64,000 bases of DNA from Candidatus Latescibacterota bacterium. GTDB taxonomy: Bacteria > Latescibacterota > CBDEFO01. The position numbers and the translations under genes were made by a program. Shown piece by piece: positions 40,497 to 51,998 of the stretch; the stretch's first letter is position 1, and every line of letters begins with the position of its first letter. The stretch spans positions 1 through 64,000 of the forward strand of contig CBDEFO010000001.1 in the NCBI GenBank assembly GCA_965237525.1, read 5' to 3'. A model generated the notes under the pieces. It ran no database searches and was not told where the DNA came from. It worked only from the letters and a program-made list of their open reading frames with translations.

Positions 40497-40645
40497 CTAC
40501 TTCGCCTCCTTCGAAGTTCAGTTTTGCTCGGATTTTCCCCCAGGAGTTCTTCGATATTTTTGTGGTCCATTATACTTTTGATCGGCTTTAGACGGCTTTG
40601 TACTTTGAATAGCCCCACAACACCAACCACAGTCATCTACGACGA

Positions 40646-41032
40646 TCACAGATCTTCTATCGGCTGTCGTCCGGAGAACCCGCTGTCCATCTCGTGCCAG
40701 AACTTTATCTCTTTTTCACCCCTCTTCCAGCAGAGCCAGATCTGCCTCCCATCCTTCAAGGCGGCGAAATCCACTAGCCCCACATCGATGTCCTTCAGAA
40801 CACATCCGATATTGTGGAGCTTCTCCACAGCCTCGTTAAATTTGAATTGAGCGGCCACAACAGGGGCGCCTTTCTTATTCCCGCCGTTGCCTGAGATCTT
40901 ATCCTCTATGTCGCCTAACGCCTGCCTTGTTGATTCCAATTCCTCCTGTCTTAAATCCAGTTTCTTCAGCCAGTCTTCAACTTGAGGCAGGAGTCTATTG
41001 GCCTCTTCCACAGTGAAATATTTTATGTTCAT
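40646..41032 (-). CDS. DUF2203 family protein
   Basis: FTVEEANRLLP, KDIDVGLVDF, LCWKRGE, WH...GFSGRQP. Confidence 0.85.
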   Translation of the reverse strand: MNIKYFTVEEANRLLPQVEDWLKKLDLRQEELESTRQALGDIEDKISGNGGNKKGAPVVAAQFKFNEAVEKLHNIGCVLKDIDVGLVDFAALKDGRQIWLCWKRGEKEIKFWHEMDSGFSGRQPIEDL

Positions 41033-41448
41033 ATCCTCTACATCCTGTAGGATTACCGATAGGATTACCGAATTACGACTTTACAAGCTAAGTCTAAGAA
41101 CACATGATAATATAAAACGGCGCTAGATTCAAGCGCATTCTTCAAACCATAAGTCGTTCGCAATATCCCAATGATTTAGGACATCTTCTTGTACCTCGCT
41201 GTTGGCCTCGTGCTCGATAGATGTATATCCCCTTTTCTTCAAGGTTGGATTTTGTGCTAACTTGATATTACTATCAAAAGGAGAAGATGTCAACAGATTT
41301 ATCAATGAAGCACCACAACTGAACAATATGTAGAGTTCATATCCGTGAACAGTTGGAGAAAAGAGTTTGATTTAGCATAATAAGATGTCTATTATTGCAA
41401 TCACATCTGCCTTTATCATCGTTTGGTACCGGACCATCCCGGTTTAAC

Positions 41449-41661
41449 GCCGGGGACAGATTTAACTCCCTTTACAGTGTCCTGAAGGGACGCGGGAGAG
41501 GCGATCCGTCCGGGACTTGAGATCGACTTGAACGATCTTCCATGGAAGAACGAGGTAGTTTATATATTCACCGCCATGCCCCACAATCAATTTTTCAACT
41601 TGAAGCCAAAAAGGATACTCGGCTTTCGCCCAAAGATGGATTTGAAAAGTTGTGGCATAAG
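41449..41661 (+). pseudogene. Decayed 3' fragment paralogous to the epimerase gene at 43044-43257
   Basis: Colinear ~210-bp similarity with a TGG->TGA change and a 1-bp deletion. Confidence 0.8.
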
Positions 41662-41695
41662 CCAAAACAAGGCGCGGGAGAAATGGAAAAAGGGC

Positions 41696-41724
41696 TTGAC
41701 TTTGCTTAATAATATATCTATAAT
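41696..41724 (+). promoter_or_regulatory. Putative sigma70 promoter
   Basis: TTGACT-17 bp-TATAAT upstream of 41815. Confidence 0.65.
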
Positions 41725-41814
41725 AGCAGTGGTATCTACTTTTCTCATAATCTGCAAGAGAACAATTGACAATTAGGTGTGCTAATACCATAAGTAACTT
41801 GTGGGGATGATGCT

Positions 41815-42525
41815 ATGAACGTCCTTATTACGGGGGGAGCAGGAAATCTATCTCAGGAATTAGCTGCATACCTTAGCAAAGACCATCAAATCCGATTGAC
41901 CGAAATAGTAGATGTCCAGACCAATTTTGAGTTTGTTAAGAGCGATCTGGGCCACGATGAAAAGACAAACGAGTTGGTGAGAGGAATGGACGCCATTATA
42001 CATATGGCAGAACTTCCTCCCAGTGCTTCTGACGATTCGGAGAGGTTGCAGATGGACTTTCTCACCAGATGCACCTACAATTTGATGTGGGCGGCAATGG
42101 AAGAAGGGGTCAAAAAGGCGATCTATACAAGCACTCTCAAGCTATTCCATAAGTACGATGAGGACTTAACTGTAAATGAGAACTGGAAGCCGCTTCCTTC
42201 CACAGATCCATACATTCTGGGGAAGCATCTGGGCGAGTTTATCTGCAAGGAATTCGCCAGGACGGCAGACATTGACATCATATGTCTGATATTGGGGAAA
42301 GTCGTGCGAGAAGATGAGGTCAGAGGAGAACCGTTTGATTCCACTTGGGTCGAGATAAAGGATGCGGTTCACGCCTTTGACTGCGCCTTGAATGCTGACC
42401 TTCCCAAGTTCAACTCGGAGTGGTCGGTCTTTCACATACAGGCCGAATCGCCCAGTTCCCGCTTCTGCGTCGCCAGAGCTAAAGGTTCTATAGGCTACAA
42501 TCCTAAGTTCAACTTCGAGGGATAG
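41815..42525 (+). CDS. NAD-dependent epimerase/dehydratase family
   Basis: VLITGGAG, AIIHMA, YILGK (YxxxK). Confidence 0.82.
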   Translation: MNVLITGGAGNLSQELAAYLSKDHQIRLTEIVDVQTNFEFVKSDLGHDEKTNELVRGMDAIIHMAELPPSASDDSERLQMDFLTRCTYNLMWAAMEEGVKKAIYTSTLKLFHKYDEDLTVNENWKPLPSTDPYILGKHLGEFICKEFARTADIDIICLILGKVVREDEVRGEPFDSTWVEIKDAVHAFDCALNADLPKFNSEWSVFHIQAESPSSRFCVARAKGSIGYNPKFNFEG

Positions 42526-42528
42526 ACG

Positions 42529-43278
42529 ATGAACGTATTGGTTTTAGGTGGAAACGGCTACTTGGGTCCTCACGTTGTGAAAGCGCTCGAGCCTTATCAC
42601 AATCTGAGGATTACCGATGTTAAACCTGTAGAAGATACAAAGCACGAGTCGTTCATTGTAGATGTGTCCTCGATAGATCAGGTTGTGAAGGCGGCAGAGG
42701 GGATGGACGCTATCATCAACTGCTCTGTCCTTCGCGAGCACAGGAGGATAGCCTTTGATGTGAACGCCCTTGGCTGTTATAGCACCATGAAGGCGGCAGT
42801 TGAGCATAATATCAAAAGGGTGATAAACACCGGCCCGTTTTTTGCGATTTCCGGACCTACCTATGAGAATTACGATTTTATGATAAATGAGGAGATCACG
42901 TCTCATTCGGGAACGAATCTATACGCTCTGACGAAGTCTGTAGGTCAGGAGATATGCAGGGTATTTACGGAGAATTACGATGTATATGTGATGTCCTTCC
43001 TGTTCTACAATTTCCGAGATCCAAACAATCCTGATGAGACGAAGCCGGGGACAGATTTAACTCCTTTTATAGTGTCTTGGAGGGACGCGGGCCAGGCGTT
43101 CTATTTAGGACTTGAAATCGATCTGAACGATCTTCCCTCAAAGAACGAGACATTCTATATATCTACCGACATTCCCCACAGCAAATTCTCCAATTCGAAG
43201 GCCAAAAGGATACTCGGTTTTTCGCCCAAAGATAGATTCGAACAGGTGTGGCATAAGGCAATAGACAGTGGTCAGTAG
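42529..43278 (+). CDS. NAD-dependent epimerase/dehydratase family (uronate dehydrogenase-like)
   Basis: LGGNGYLG, YALTK, AKRILGFSP. Confidence 0.82.
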   Translation: MNVLVLGGNGYLGPHVVKALEPYHNLRITDVKPVEDTKHESFIVDVSSIDQVVKAAEGMDAIINCSVLREHRRIAFDVNALGCYSTMKAAVEHNIKRVINTGPFFAISGPTYENYDFMINEEITSHSGTNLYALTKSVGQEICRVFTENYDVYVMSFLFYNFRDPNNPDETKPGTDLTPFIVSWRDAGQAFYLGLEIDLNDLPSKNETFYISTDIPHSKFSNSKAKRILGFSPKDRFEQVWHKAIDSGQ

Positions 43279-43380
43279 AAAGCATACAGGGAGATCGCTT
43301 CGGGGTTCCACCCCTCGCAATGACCGCAGGCCTCACCAAGCAACTCTATTGCAAGTCCTCTTAACCGTCATTGCCAGCAC

Positions 43381-43422
43381 CCCTGATTGAACCCCCGATT
43401 GACTCTATCGGGGGGCGGAGGG
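43381..43422 (+). repeat. Nested 21-bp palindromic element (inner copy 43393-43413) within a GTCATTGC...GAAGCAACCT element
   Basis: CCCTGATTGAAC[CCCCGATTGACTCTATCGGGG]GGCGGAGGG. Confidence 0.8.
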
Positions 43423-43574
43423 AAGCAACCTCGTAGAGAGAGCACTTCATCCCCTGGTATGGTTTCTAATATTCTAGATCTCTATAATCTTGTGCACAGT
43501 ATTTTGACCCGATACTTAGATCTGTGGGGGCAGAACCGTGTGCCTGCCCAGAAAATGAGAAAGGGAATAGTGAA

Positions 43575-44459
43575 ATGGCATCGGCTGACGACTTTCTAGC
43601 GGATGGCGCAGAACTTGAGGAAGTTGGATGAGGCTTCGGCTTTACTGAAGGGCCTGTGTGGAGTTCCTCTGAGGGTGTACTCTACTTTTCCGATATTTCC
43701 AACAATCGCATTATGCAGCTTTCTGCCGGGGACAGCCTGAGCGTCTACCGGGAGCCGAGCCATCGCTCAAATGGGCTAATCTTCGACTTGGAGGGGAGGC
43801 TTACAGCCTGTGAGGGGAACACTGAAGACGGCGGAAGACGAATCTCGCGGACGGAGAAAGACGGACAGGTCGTTACGCTGGCGGATCGCTATGGGGGGAA
43901 GCGTCTCAACAGCCCCAACGATCTGGTTATCGACAAAGAAGAACGGATCTGGTTTACCGATCCTCGGTACGGAAGCTACGAAGGCGTGGAGCAGGATTGC
44001 GAGGCCGTATATCGGATAGAACAAGACGGGAGTCTCACCAGAGTCATCGAAAGCCTGTCGCGTCCGAATGGGATCCTATTCTCTCTTGACTATAAGACCC
44101 TCTACGTGGCGGACAGCCCGCACGATCCGAATAGAAAGCGCGCTCTTGTCTCTTTTGAAGTAAACGAGGATCTCACCTTGTCGGACGGAAAAATCCTGCA
44201 CGATTTCGGGACCGGTCGAGGTGTAGATGGAATGAAACTTGACTCAGAAGAGAACATCTGGGCTACAGCGGGAAGGGACGAAAAAGCAGGTGTCCATATC
44301 TTCTCGCCCCGGGGGGAACTCTTGACGGTTATTAAGACTCCTGACCATCCCACGAACTGTTCGTTTGCCGGACCCGACCTTACTCTACTTTACATCACCG
44401 GCGCAGAATATCTCTGGCGGATCCAGATAAAGATACCGGGGCGGCGTCTCCCGGGTTAA
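43575..44459 (+). pseudogene. SMP-30/gluconolactonase family with an in-frame TGA at codon 19
   Basis: MASADDFLADGAELEEVG*GFGFTEGPVW..., NSPND, RPNG, DGMKLD, TNCSF. Confidence 0.8.
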
Positions 44460-44643
44460 ACGAAACCCACGTCAAAGGATGGTGGACGGTCGAAGTGGAG
44501 GATCTTCCCCGCTATGTGGAGAGCCTGAAAGCCTTCGTTGCGGACATAGCGGAGAAAAGAGGCCCGCTCGCTCGATCACGAATTGCTCGTGCAAGAGACT
44601 GCGCTTCGCGCATCGGAAGTTGTTGTGAATAATAGAGGATAAT

Positions 44644-45639
44644 ATGGCTAGACCAGCATCGCTTTACCAAGAGGATGTACCTGATCCGGAGTGGCTTGTT
44701 CACACGTATGGCATCCAACTGAGGGGGCAATTGCAGGCTCTTGGTGGGGAGTTGGCGAAAGTAACCAAGATCCACGATGGGAGGATCGATCGACAACTGG
44801 TTATACGTATATCAGATCCAGCACGAATCGGAGGGACGCGTCTGGCTCAGGTGCATCGATTCTTGGAGTATATGAGTGAACGAGAAGTACGGACTCCCAT
44901 ACCGCTGCGGACGTGTGAAGGTCAGACGTATGCTGTGTACCCGGAATTAGGCAAGCTGGTTGAAGTCTTCCCGTATATAGAGGGACGCTCGCCGCAGAGC
45001 GGAAATATTGAGGATACACGACGTGTAGCCGCGGCTTTAGCTCGATTTCACAATGCTGGAGTGCCGTATGAGGATCTCCCAGAGGAGGAGAGCTGCGATA
45101 TAAATCACGTGGGCCTGGAGCGGTTGAAGATAGGTGTTAACAGGGCGAGAACCACCTCAGCAGGCAGTATATTTGAGACACTGTTGTATAACTATCTGGC
45201 CGATGCTGAGATGCTCGTTGAGTCGCTCCAGAAGCTTCGGCCTGGACTTGTCCAGACAGGCCTGCACCTCGATGCCAGCCCCGATAACATCCTCCTCACG
45301 GCAGATGGAGAGGTTTGGTTTATCGACTGTAGCCATGCAGTGCGCGGCCGCCGGGTATTTGACCTCGCAACAGCTGTCTATTACATCGACCGGACGAGCC
45401 GGGCGTCGCGTGGGGACCCGCAGCGATATGAGGATCTGGATCCGGAGTTGGAGTCCGCGTTTCTGGAAACCTATCGATCGGTATGCAAACCTGGATGGCG
45501 GAATGCAGAGACGGAAGCGTATGCGCTGGAGCATCGGCTGATGCTAATTCATGGCGCGGCATATTGGGCTACCGAGTACTCGGAGTCGGATGTAATGCAG
45601 GAACTCATAGGATTCCAAAGACTTAGAGACAGCTTGTAA
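44644..45639 (+). CDS. Aminoglycoside/homoserine kinase-like phosphotransferase
   Basis: LARFH, HLDASPDNIL catalytic loop, FIDC, FDLA. Confidence 0.78.
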   Translation: MARPASLYQEDVPDPEWLVHTYGIQLRGQLQALGGELAKVTKIHDGRIDRQLVIRISDPARIGGTRLAQVHRFLEYMSEREVRTPIPLRTCEGQTYAVYPELGKLVEVFPYIEGRSPQSGNIEDTRRVAAALARFHNAGVPYEDLPEEESCDINHVGLERLKIGVNRARTTSAGSIFETLLYNYLADAEMLVESLQKLRPGLVQTGLHLDASPDNILLTADGEVWFIDCSHAVRGRRVFDLATAVYYIDRTSRASRGDPQRYEDLDPELESAFLETYRSVCKPGWRNAETEAYALEHRLMLIHGAAYWATEYSESDVMQELIGFQRLRDSL

Positions 45640-45756
45640 AAGCTGAGTATCGGGTCAAAATAGCCCGGACAAATTACAGAGATCCAAAATAGTAGATAAC
45701 ACGCAGAGATAGAAGGTGATGCTTCTGCGTACTTATTTGCTGGAAGATGATAGATA

Positions 45757-46803
<1,047 letters not shown>

Positions 46804-46999
46804 GTACCAATGAGATCGCTTGCCGATGAAGCCAAAGCCCAGAGCTATACTAATGGTCAGCCGAGCAATCTTAATAGCGGATGTGGCAGTTGTAGGGAGG
46901 ATAGTAAATCTCGTGCAGCTTTCGACATAAATCCTATCTAAAGAACAGTTGGAAGCGTTCGTCAACCCATCGTATTACCCCAAACGAAGGAGGGATACC

Positions 47000-47191
47000 A
47001 TGAAGGTCATCGCCCAGATCTTAGTAGTCATATCGGCTATAGCGCTTGTGCTCGGAGTTATATTCTCTCCGCTACACATAACGCTCCTAGCGACTCCCAA
47101 GGGCTATGTAGAGCTTTCGATAGCCTGCGCTCTCCTGGCCATAGCAATTGGGAAGGTGTTCGGAGGCGGCACCTCTGAAGGAGAATCGTAG
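47000..47191 (+). CDS. Small two-TM hypothetical membrane protein
   Basis: AGGAGG RBS, 63 aa, two hydrophobic helices. Confidence 0.65.
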   Translation: MKVIAQILVVISAIALVLGVIFSPLHITLLATPKGYVELSIACALLAIAIGKVFGGGTSEGES

Positions 47192-47251
47192 GCGTAAGGA
47201 GAGGCGTGTAGCAGAAGAATGGCCTCTTGTAGGAAATGACAGTCTATTTTC

Positions 47252-47278
47252 GTAGGGGCGGGGTAATCCCGCCCCTAC
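47252..47278. repeat. GTAG-type REP palindrome
   Basis: GTAGGGGCGGGGTAATCCCGCCCCTAC. Confidence 0.75.
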
Positions 47279-47364
47279 ATCTGTTTGATTGTGCAGCTCA
47301 AACGAAATCGCTTTTGTCTTTACAGTGAGATGGCTCCGCTGACCATTAGGTTCAGACTGGACTT

Positions 47365-47404
47365 CTCCGACCCCCAATTGAATCTATTGGGGGCTCAATC
47401 GGGG
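47365..47404 (-). repeat. Nested 21-bp palindromic element with a compensatory stem change (inner copy 47372-47392)
   Basis: Inner CCCCAATTGAATCTATTGGGG; the outer copy on the minus strand reads CCCCGATTGAGC[...]GTCGGAG. Confidence 0.8.
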
Positions 47405-47427
47405 ACTGGCAATGACGTTGTTTCTGG

Positions 47428-48126
47428 TTACCAGTTGGCTCTTGGCGTCCTTAACCTTCGCCCTCCCCATCTGAGTATAAGAATAACTCCGGCTACGAAC
47501 CCTCCGATGTGGGCGAACCACGCAACACCACTTCCTACGCCTCCCGAAGCAGCAGTGGCGTTCAAAAGTTGCATAAGGAACCAGATCCCTAGGACTATAA
47601 AGGCTGGAATCCGTATTGTATTTATGAAAAAGAAGAAGAAAACAAAGACACGGACTCTGGCGGAAGGGAAGTTGACTAAGTAGGCTCCTAACACTCCGGC
47701 TATGGCTCCGCTTGCTCCTACTAAAGGAATTTCAGAGCTGGGGTTGGAGATTATATGTGCAGAAGTTGCCAAGATGCCGCAAATCAGATAGAAGAAGAGG
47801 AATCGAAAGTGTCCCAACGCGTCCTCGATGTTGTCTCCAAATATCCAAAGATAGAGCATATTACCGCCTATATGAAGTAGGCCTCCATGCATGAATAAAG
47901 AGGTAAACGGCGTAAGATAAAGAGGTATAGGAGTATTTGAAATAGCGTCCTTCAAATGTGTGATCTCATAGGGGATAAGCCCCATCTTGAGGATGAAATC
48001 ATGTTCCTGCTGCAGATTGAGAAGGAAAGTCTGGTAGAGGAAGACAGATACGTTGGCAGCTATAATAGTAAGCGTTATGAAGGGAAATGTCCTTGTGGGG
48101 TTGTCGTCTTTGTACGGGAGGAGCAT
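47428..48126 (-). CDS. Rhomboid family intramembrane serine protease
   Basis: HGGLLHIGGNM, GASGAIAG, AHIGGF. Confidence 0.93.
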   Translation of the reverse strand: MLLPYKDDNPTRTFPFITLTIIAANVSVFLYQTFLLNLQQEHDFILKMGLIPYEITHLKDAISNTPIPLYLTPFTSLFMHGGLLHIGGNMLYLWIFGDNIEDALGHFRFLFFYLICGILATSAHIISNPSSEIPLVGASGAIAGVLGAYLVNFPSARVRVFVFFFFFINTIRIPAFIVLGIWFLMQLLNATAASGGVGSGVAWFAHIGGFVAGVILILRWGGRRLRTPRANW

Positions 48127-48133
48127 ATTCTAC

Positions 48134-50521
48134 TTACCTTGTCTTAAAGCGACTTCGGGCGTAAGCTTTATTGCCTGACATATCGCTTACCCAAAGTTCC
48201 AGGGTGTGTTCTCCCGAAGACAGGGAATCTTCAACTCTGTAGAAGACGGATTCTTCGGGCGGATCGTACTGGCATATGACAAGAGAACCGTCGAGCCTCA
48301 TTTCTATGTCCTGTTCTCTTTTTATTCCCGATCCTTTGTCCTGAATTCTCGCGCGCAGTTGGGGATTTAAGTCTTTTATGACGGCTCCATCTCGGGGATA
48401 GACTATGTGTATATCTGGAGGGATCTGATCTGAAAGGAGGGTATATCTGGAAAAGTGAGAAATATCGGCTGAGACGGTCCTTGCATCAGCATTCAGGTTG
48501 TTGTCTATGAACTTCCAGCCCTCTTCAGGGTGGGACGCCCACTCCGTGTCCAGGAAATAGACTCCTAACGTTTCAGGATTGGGGAAATCCTCTGGATAGG
48601 ACAAAGAGATCCTGGCCTTTCCATTGAAGGGCACGTCATAGGGCTGGAAAGCATAGCCGGTCCCGATTAACTGGAGACCATCGGGCACCTCGGGGTCGAC
48701 CCCCGATTGATCCCCGATAGAACCAATCGGGGAGGGCGAGTCCGTGTCGAATAAACCCACGCGGGGATAGAGGACATCATACACGCTTCCGGGATCGAAA
48801 ACTACTACGGCTTTTCCGTCGTAGGATTCTATTTTACCTCCTGTGTGTCTGCCGATGTGTGAGTAGGATATGACCGTCCTGTAGCTCCCCTTTTCGCCGC
48901 TAAGAGAAGTTCCTTCGATGCAAACGGTGTTTATGCCTTCCTGTCTGATATGGAAGGGAATTACCGCCTCGTAGGTTCTAATGTCCCTTTGCCGTACACG
49001 AAGTCTCTTGGCCTTTGAAAGTAGGGTCACAGAGGGAAGCCCAGATAGTATATCGCTTGAGACAATCCGGAGCTCTATAAAATCGGGGTATCCTATCTGC
49101 TCGCAGTTAAAGAGCGGTGGCCAGCCCCTTTTAATCTCCTTTGGAGGCAAAACGCAGAAGCGGGGTTCAGAACTTATTTCGCCTTCGTCTAAAACTGATA
49201 TTCTGAAGATAAACGGTGCGTCCACTCCGTCTGGACTTTTCGTCCACCCAGACCGCCTTTTCATCTTTAAGGAGTCCGAAACTTGGTAGGTTTTTCCGCT
49301 TAGGGCCTTGCGGAGGAGGAATTCCCAGTTTTCTCCTCTGTCGTAAGATGTCTCGATCATTATCTCTGAAAGTTCGCTGTCCCTGTCGGATATTTGTAAC
49401 GACAGGTGGACATAGTCTGTCCTTTCTGTAACTCTCGTCACTTCCACACTGTCTATCTGGGGCTTTTCGCCGACAATGACTCGGAAGCGAGCGTAGGATG
49501 TGTTGTCATAGACGTCAAAGACCCTTACAGTGATATGATGGATCCCCGCAGGGAGCGATTCGGATGTTAACAGGCCGTCTCCTTCTTTATGATCTTTGTA
49601 GAAGGGAAGATCGTTTCCGGGGGCTACGAAGAGGTTCTGAAAATGACCTAATCCCTTTCGATTGAGGCCAAAATCAGCATTAAGTTCAATCTTGTGTGCC
49701 TTCTCGTATGAGAAGGTGTTGTACTCAGACCTAAATAGAAGGCAGTCTTCGAGGTATAGTTCGTATCGGTAGGGGGACAGCTTATTTCGTGCGACATCCG
49801 CGATATCGTAGGAGGAGATTCCCAGGCCAACTGTCCCCTCTAAGTGGGGAATTTCATCGTTGATAAAGATCTTCTTCTGTTTGTCCTTGTGGAGATTGAG
49901 CATATAGGGAGTATGCGAGCTGTTGACGTAGGAATCGGGCCCAATGGGCGACAGACTGATCTTGACGAGAACAGGCGGTTTGGAGTCTTTGACGCTTACA
50001 ATATGATCGGCCAAGGGGTTGATGGGGCGATTGTCCGGGTCTCTGAGTTCAAAGTGGAGGTGTGGGAATTTGGTCGCACTCCTGCCCGAGGAGCCGATGA
50101 TCTGTCCTTTAGCAACTGGAAATTCTCCTTCCTCCGGATAGAAATCTGTAGTATACCAGCCGTTTCCCCTCTGCCTGGCTTTGACGACCTTTTCTATTTC
50201 TGCGGCGAATTTAGAAAGATGCGCGTAGATGGCCAAATTTCCGTCTTCAAGCTTCAGATAGACAGCTCTTCCGTATCCCCAGGGAGATGTCCTGATCCTG
50301 TATATGTAGCCCGATTCTGCGGCGTGCACAGGAATACCAGTTCTACCCCAGGTCTTAAGGTCAAGTCCGGCGTGGAAGTGTCCCCCCCTGTATTCGCAGA
50401 AGGTGGAGGTGACCCCGCGCTCAATGTCCATAGGCCACCGGTATCTGTCCTGGGCTTTTGAAAAGGAAGCTGAAAAGGTTAGAATTGTGAACGAGAGAAC
50501 TACGAGGAGTGTTTTGGGCAT
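48134..50521 (-). CDS. Secreted M23 family metallopeptidase with long C-terminal extension (carries a palindromic insert at 48701-48732)
   Basis: HFHAGLD, YAHL, PHLHFELRD; signal peptide. Confidence 0.85.
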   Translation of the reverse strand: MPKTLLVVLSFTILTFSASFSKAQDRYRWPMDIERGVTSTFCEYRGGHFHAGLDLKTWGRTGIPVHAAESGYIYRIRTSPWGYGRAVYLKLEDGNLAIYAHLSKFAAEIEKVVKARQRGNGWYTTDFYPEEGEFPVAKGQIIGSSGRSATKFPHLHFELRDPDNRPINPLADHIVSVKDSKPPVLVKISLSPIGPDSYVNSSHTPYMLNLHKDKQKKIFINDEIPHLEGTVGLGISSYDIADVARNKLSPYRYELYLEDCLLFRSEYNTFSYEKAHKIELNADFGLNRKGLGHFQNLFVAPGNDLPFYKDHKEGDGLLTSESLPAGIHHITVRVFDVYDNTSYARFRVIVGEKPQIDSVEVTRVTERTDYVHLSLQISDRDSELSEIMIETSYDRGENWEFLLRKALSGKTYQVSDSLKMKRRSGWTKSPDGVDAPFIFRISVLDEGEISSEPRFCVLPPKEIKRGWPPLFNCEQIGYPDFIELRIVSSDILSGLPSVTLLSKAKRLRVRQRDIRTYEAVIPFHIRQEGINTVCIEGTSLSGEKGSYRTVISYSHIGRHTGGKIESYDGKAVVVFDPGSVYDVLYPRVGLFDTDSPSPIGSIGDQSGVDPEVPDGLQLIGTGYAFQPYDVPFNGKARISLSYPEDFPNPETLGVYFLDTEWASHPEEGWKFIDNNLNADARTVSADISHFSRYTLLSDQIPPDIHIVYPRDGAVIKDLNPQLRARIQDKGSGIKREQDIEMRLDGSLVICQYDPPEESVFYRVEDSLSSGEHTLELWVSDMSGNKAYARSRFKTR
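48701..48732 (-). repeat. Intragenic 21-bp palindromic element plus adjacent half-copy
   Basis: Coding strand CCCCGATTGGTTCTATCGGGG followed by ATCAATCGGGG. Confidence 0.78.
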
Positions 50522-50524
50522 AGG

Positions 50525-51998
50525 TCAGTATCTCTGTATATCAGAACTACCCAAATCGTTGCAAATACTGCTGAACTGCTCTAAAGCGGCTTCAAGATTT
50601 TCTGTAATCTCCATAGCAAGTACACCTGGATCTGGGAGGTTTTCAGCATCTTCAAGACTTTCATCCCTCAACCACAATATGTCAAGGCTTATCTTGTCCC
50701 TCTGCATAAGTTCATCGTAGGTAAAGGCCTTGAATCGCTCTGTCTCCTTCCTGTCACGTCGGTTCTGTGGATTATAACACTTGATGAAGTCCTGAAGATC
50801 TTCATAACGTAAAGGATTTGTTTTGAGTGTAAAGTGCTTGTTTGTTCTCAAATTATATATCCAGAGTTTCTCTGTCCAGGGGTTTTCGCTTGCCGGTTTT
50901 CTATCAAAGAAGAGAACATTTGCTTTAACACCCTGAGCATAAAATATCCCTGTAGGGAGTCTCAAAAGGGTGTGAACATCACATACCTGAAGCATTTTGT
51001 TCCTTATCGTCTCTCCAGCACCTCCCTCAAAAAGGACATTATCAGGCACAACAATAGCAGCTTTTCCATTTATCTCTAAGAGAGTTTTTACGTGCTGAAG
51101 GAAGTTCAATTGTTTGTTGGAGGTTGTTGCCGAGAAATCCTCTCTCTCATAAATCAACGATTCCTTATCAGCCTTTCCTTCGTCGTTTACTATCGTAATG
51201 CTGCTCTTTTTGCCGAAGGGCGGATTAGTCAGCACCATATCAAAACGGTCTCGAGGGTCGGAAACAAGGGCATCTCCTACCTCAACAGGACTTTCCTCTC
51301 CCCCAATGCCGTGCAGGTAAAGGTTCATCACGCACAGCCTTGCGACACCGTCAACAATATCTTTTCCTGTGAAGGTATGAGATTTGAGAAACTTTTTCTG
51401 ATCTGTGTCCAACGGATAGTTATTTGAAATGTAATCGTGAGCCGACAGGAAAAAACCACCTGTGCCGCAGGCAGGGTCGCAAATAGTCATTTCAGGCTCT
51501 GGTCTCATAACCTCGACCATCGCCTTGATAAGTTGTCTTCGGTGTAAAGTACTGACCTGAACCGCCTTTTACATCCTGTGCATTCTTCTGCAAAAGCCCC
51601 TCGTATATTTCTCCCTTCACATCAATATCCATTCCAATCCAGGTCTCTGAGTTGATAAGTTCTACCAGACGCTTTAGCTTTGCTGGATCCTGAATTTTGT
51701 TCTGGGATTTTCTGAAGATGACCCCAAGCAATCCTTTTCCGTTACCTAGAGTTTCAAGAATGTGCCTATATTGGTCATCAAGAGCGCTCCCATCCTTTTC
51801 GAGCAGGCTATGCCAGTCAAGATTTTCAGGAATAAAAGGTTCTTTATTAAAAGGACGTCTTGTCTGTTCATCAGCCATCTTCAAGAACAATAGATAGGTC
51901 AACTGCTCCACATAATCACCGTAACTTACACCATCATGCCTCAATAAATGGCAGTAGTTCCATAATCTCTGCACGATTGCTGGCGCTTCATTTCCCAT
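50525..51998 (-). pseudogene. hsdM: Type I R-M N6-adenine methyltransferase HsdM, +1 frameshift after GQYFTP
   Basis: YVEQLTYLLFLKM, GQYFTP|RQLIKAM, DPACGTGGF, NPPF, LRLPTGIF; extra base near 51538. Confidence 0.88.

Noticed and set aside
41449..43257. DGR template/variable repeat pair
   Set aside because: Mismatches are not adenine-specific (many are C/T), there is an indel, and no reverse transcriptase is in the window.
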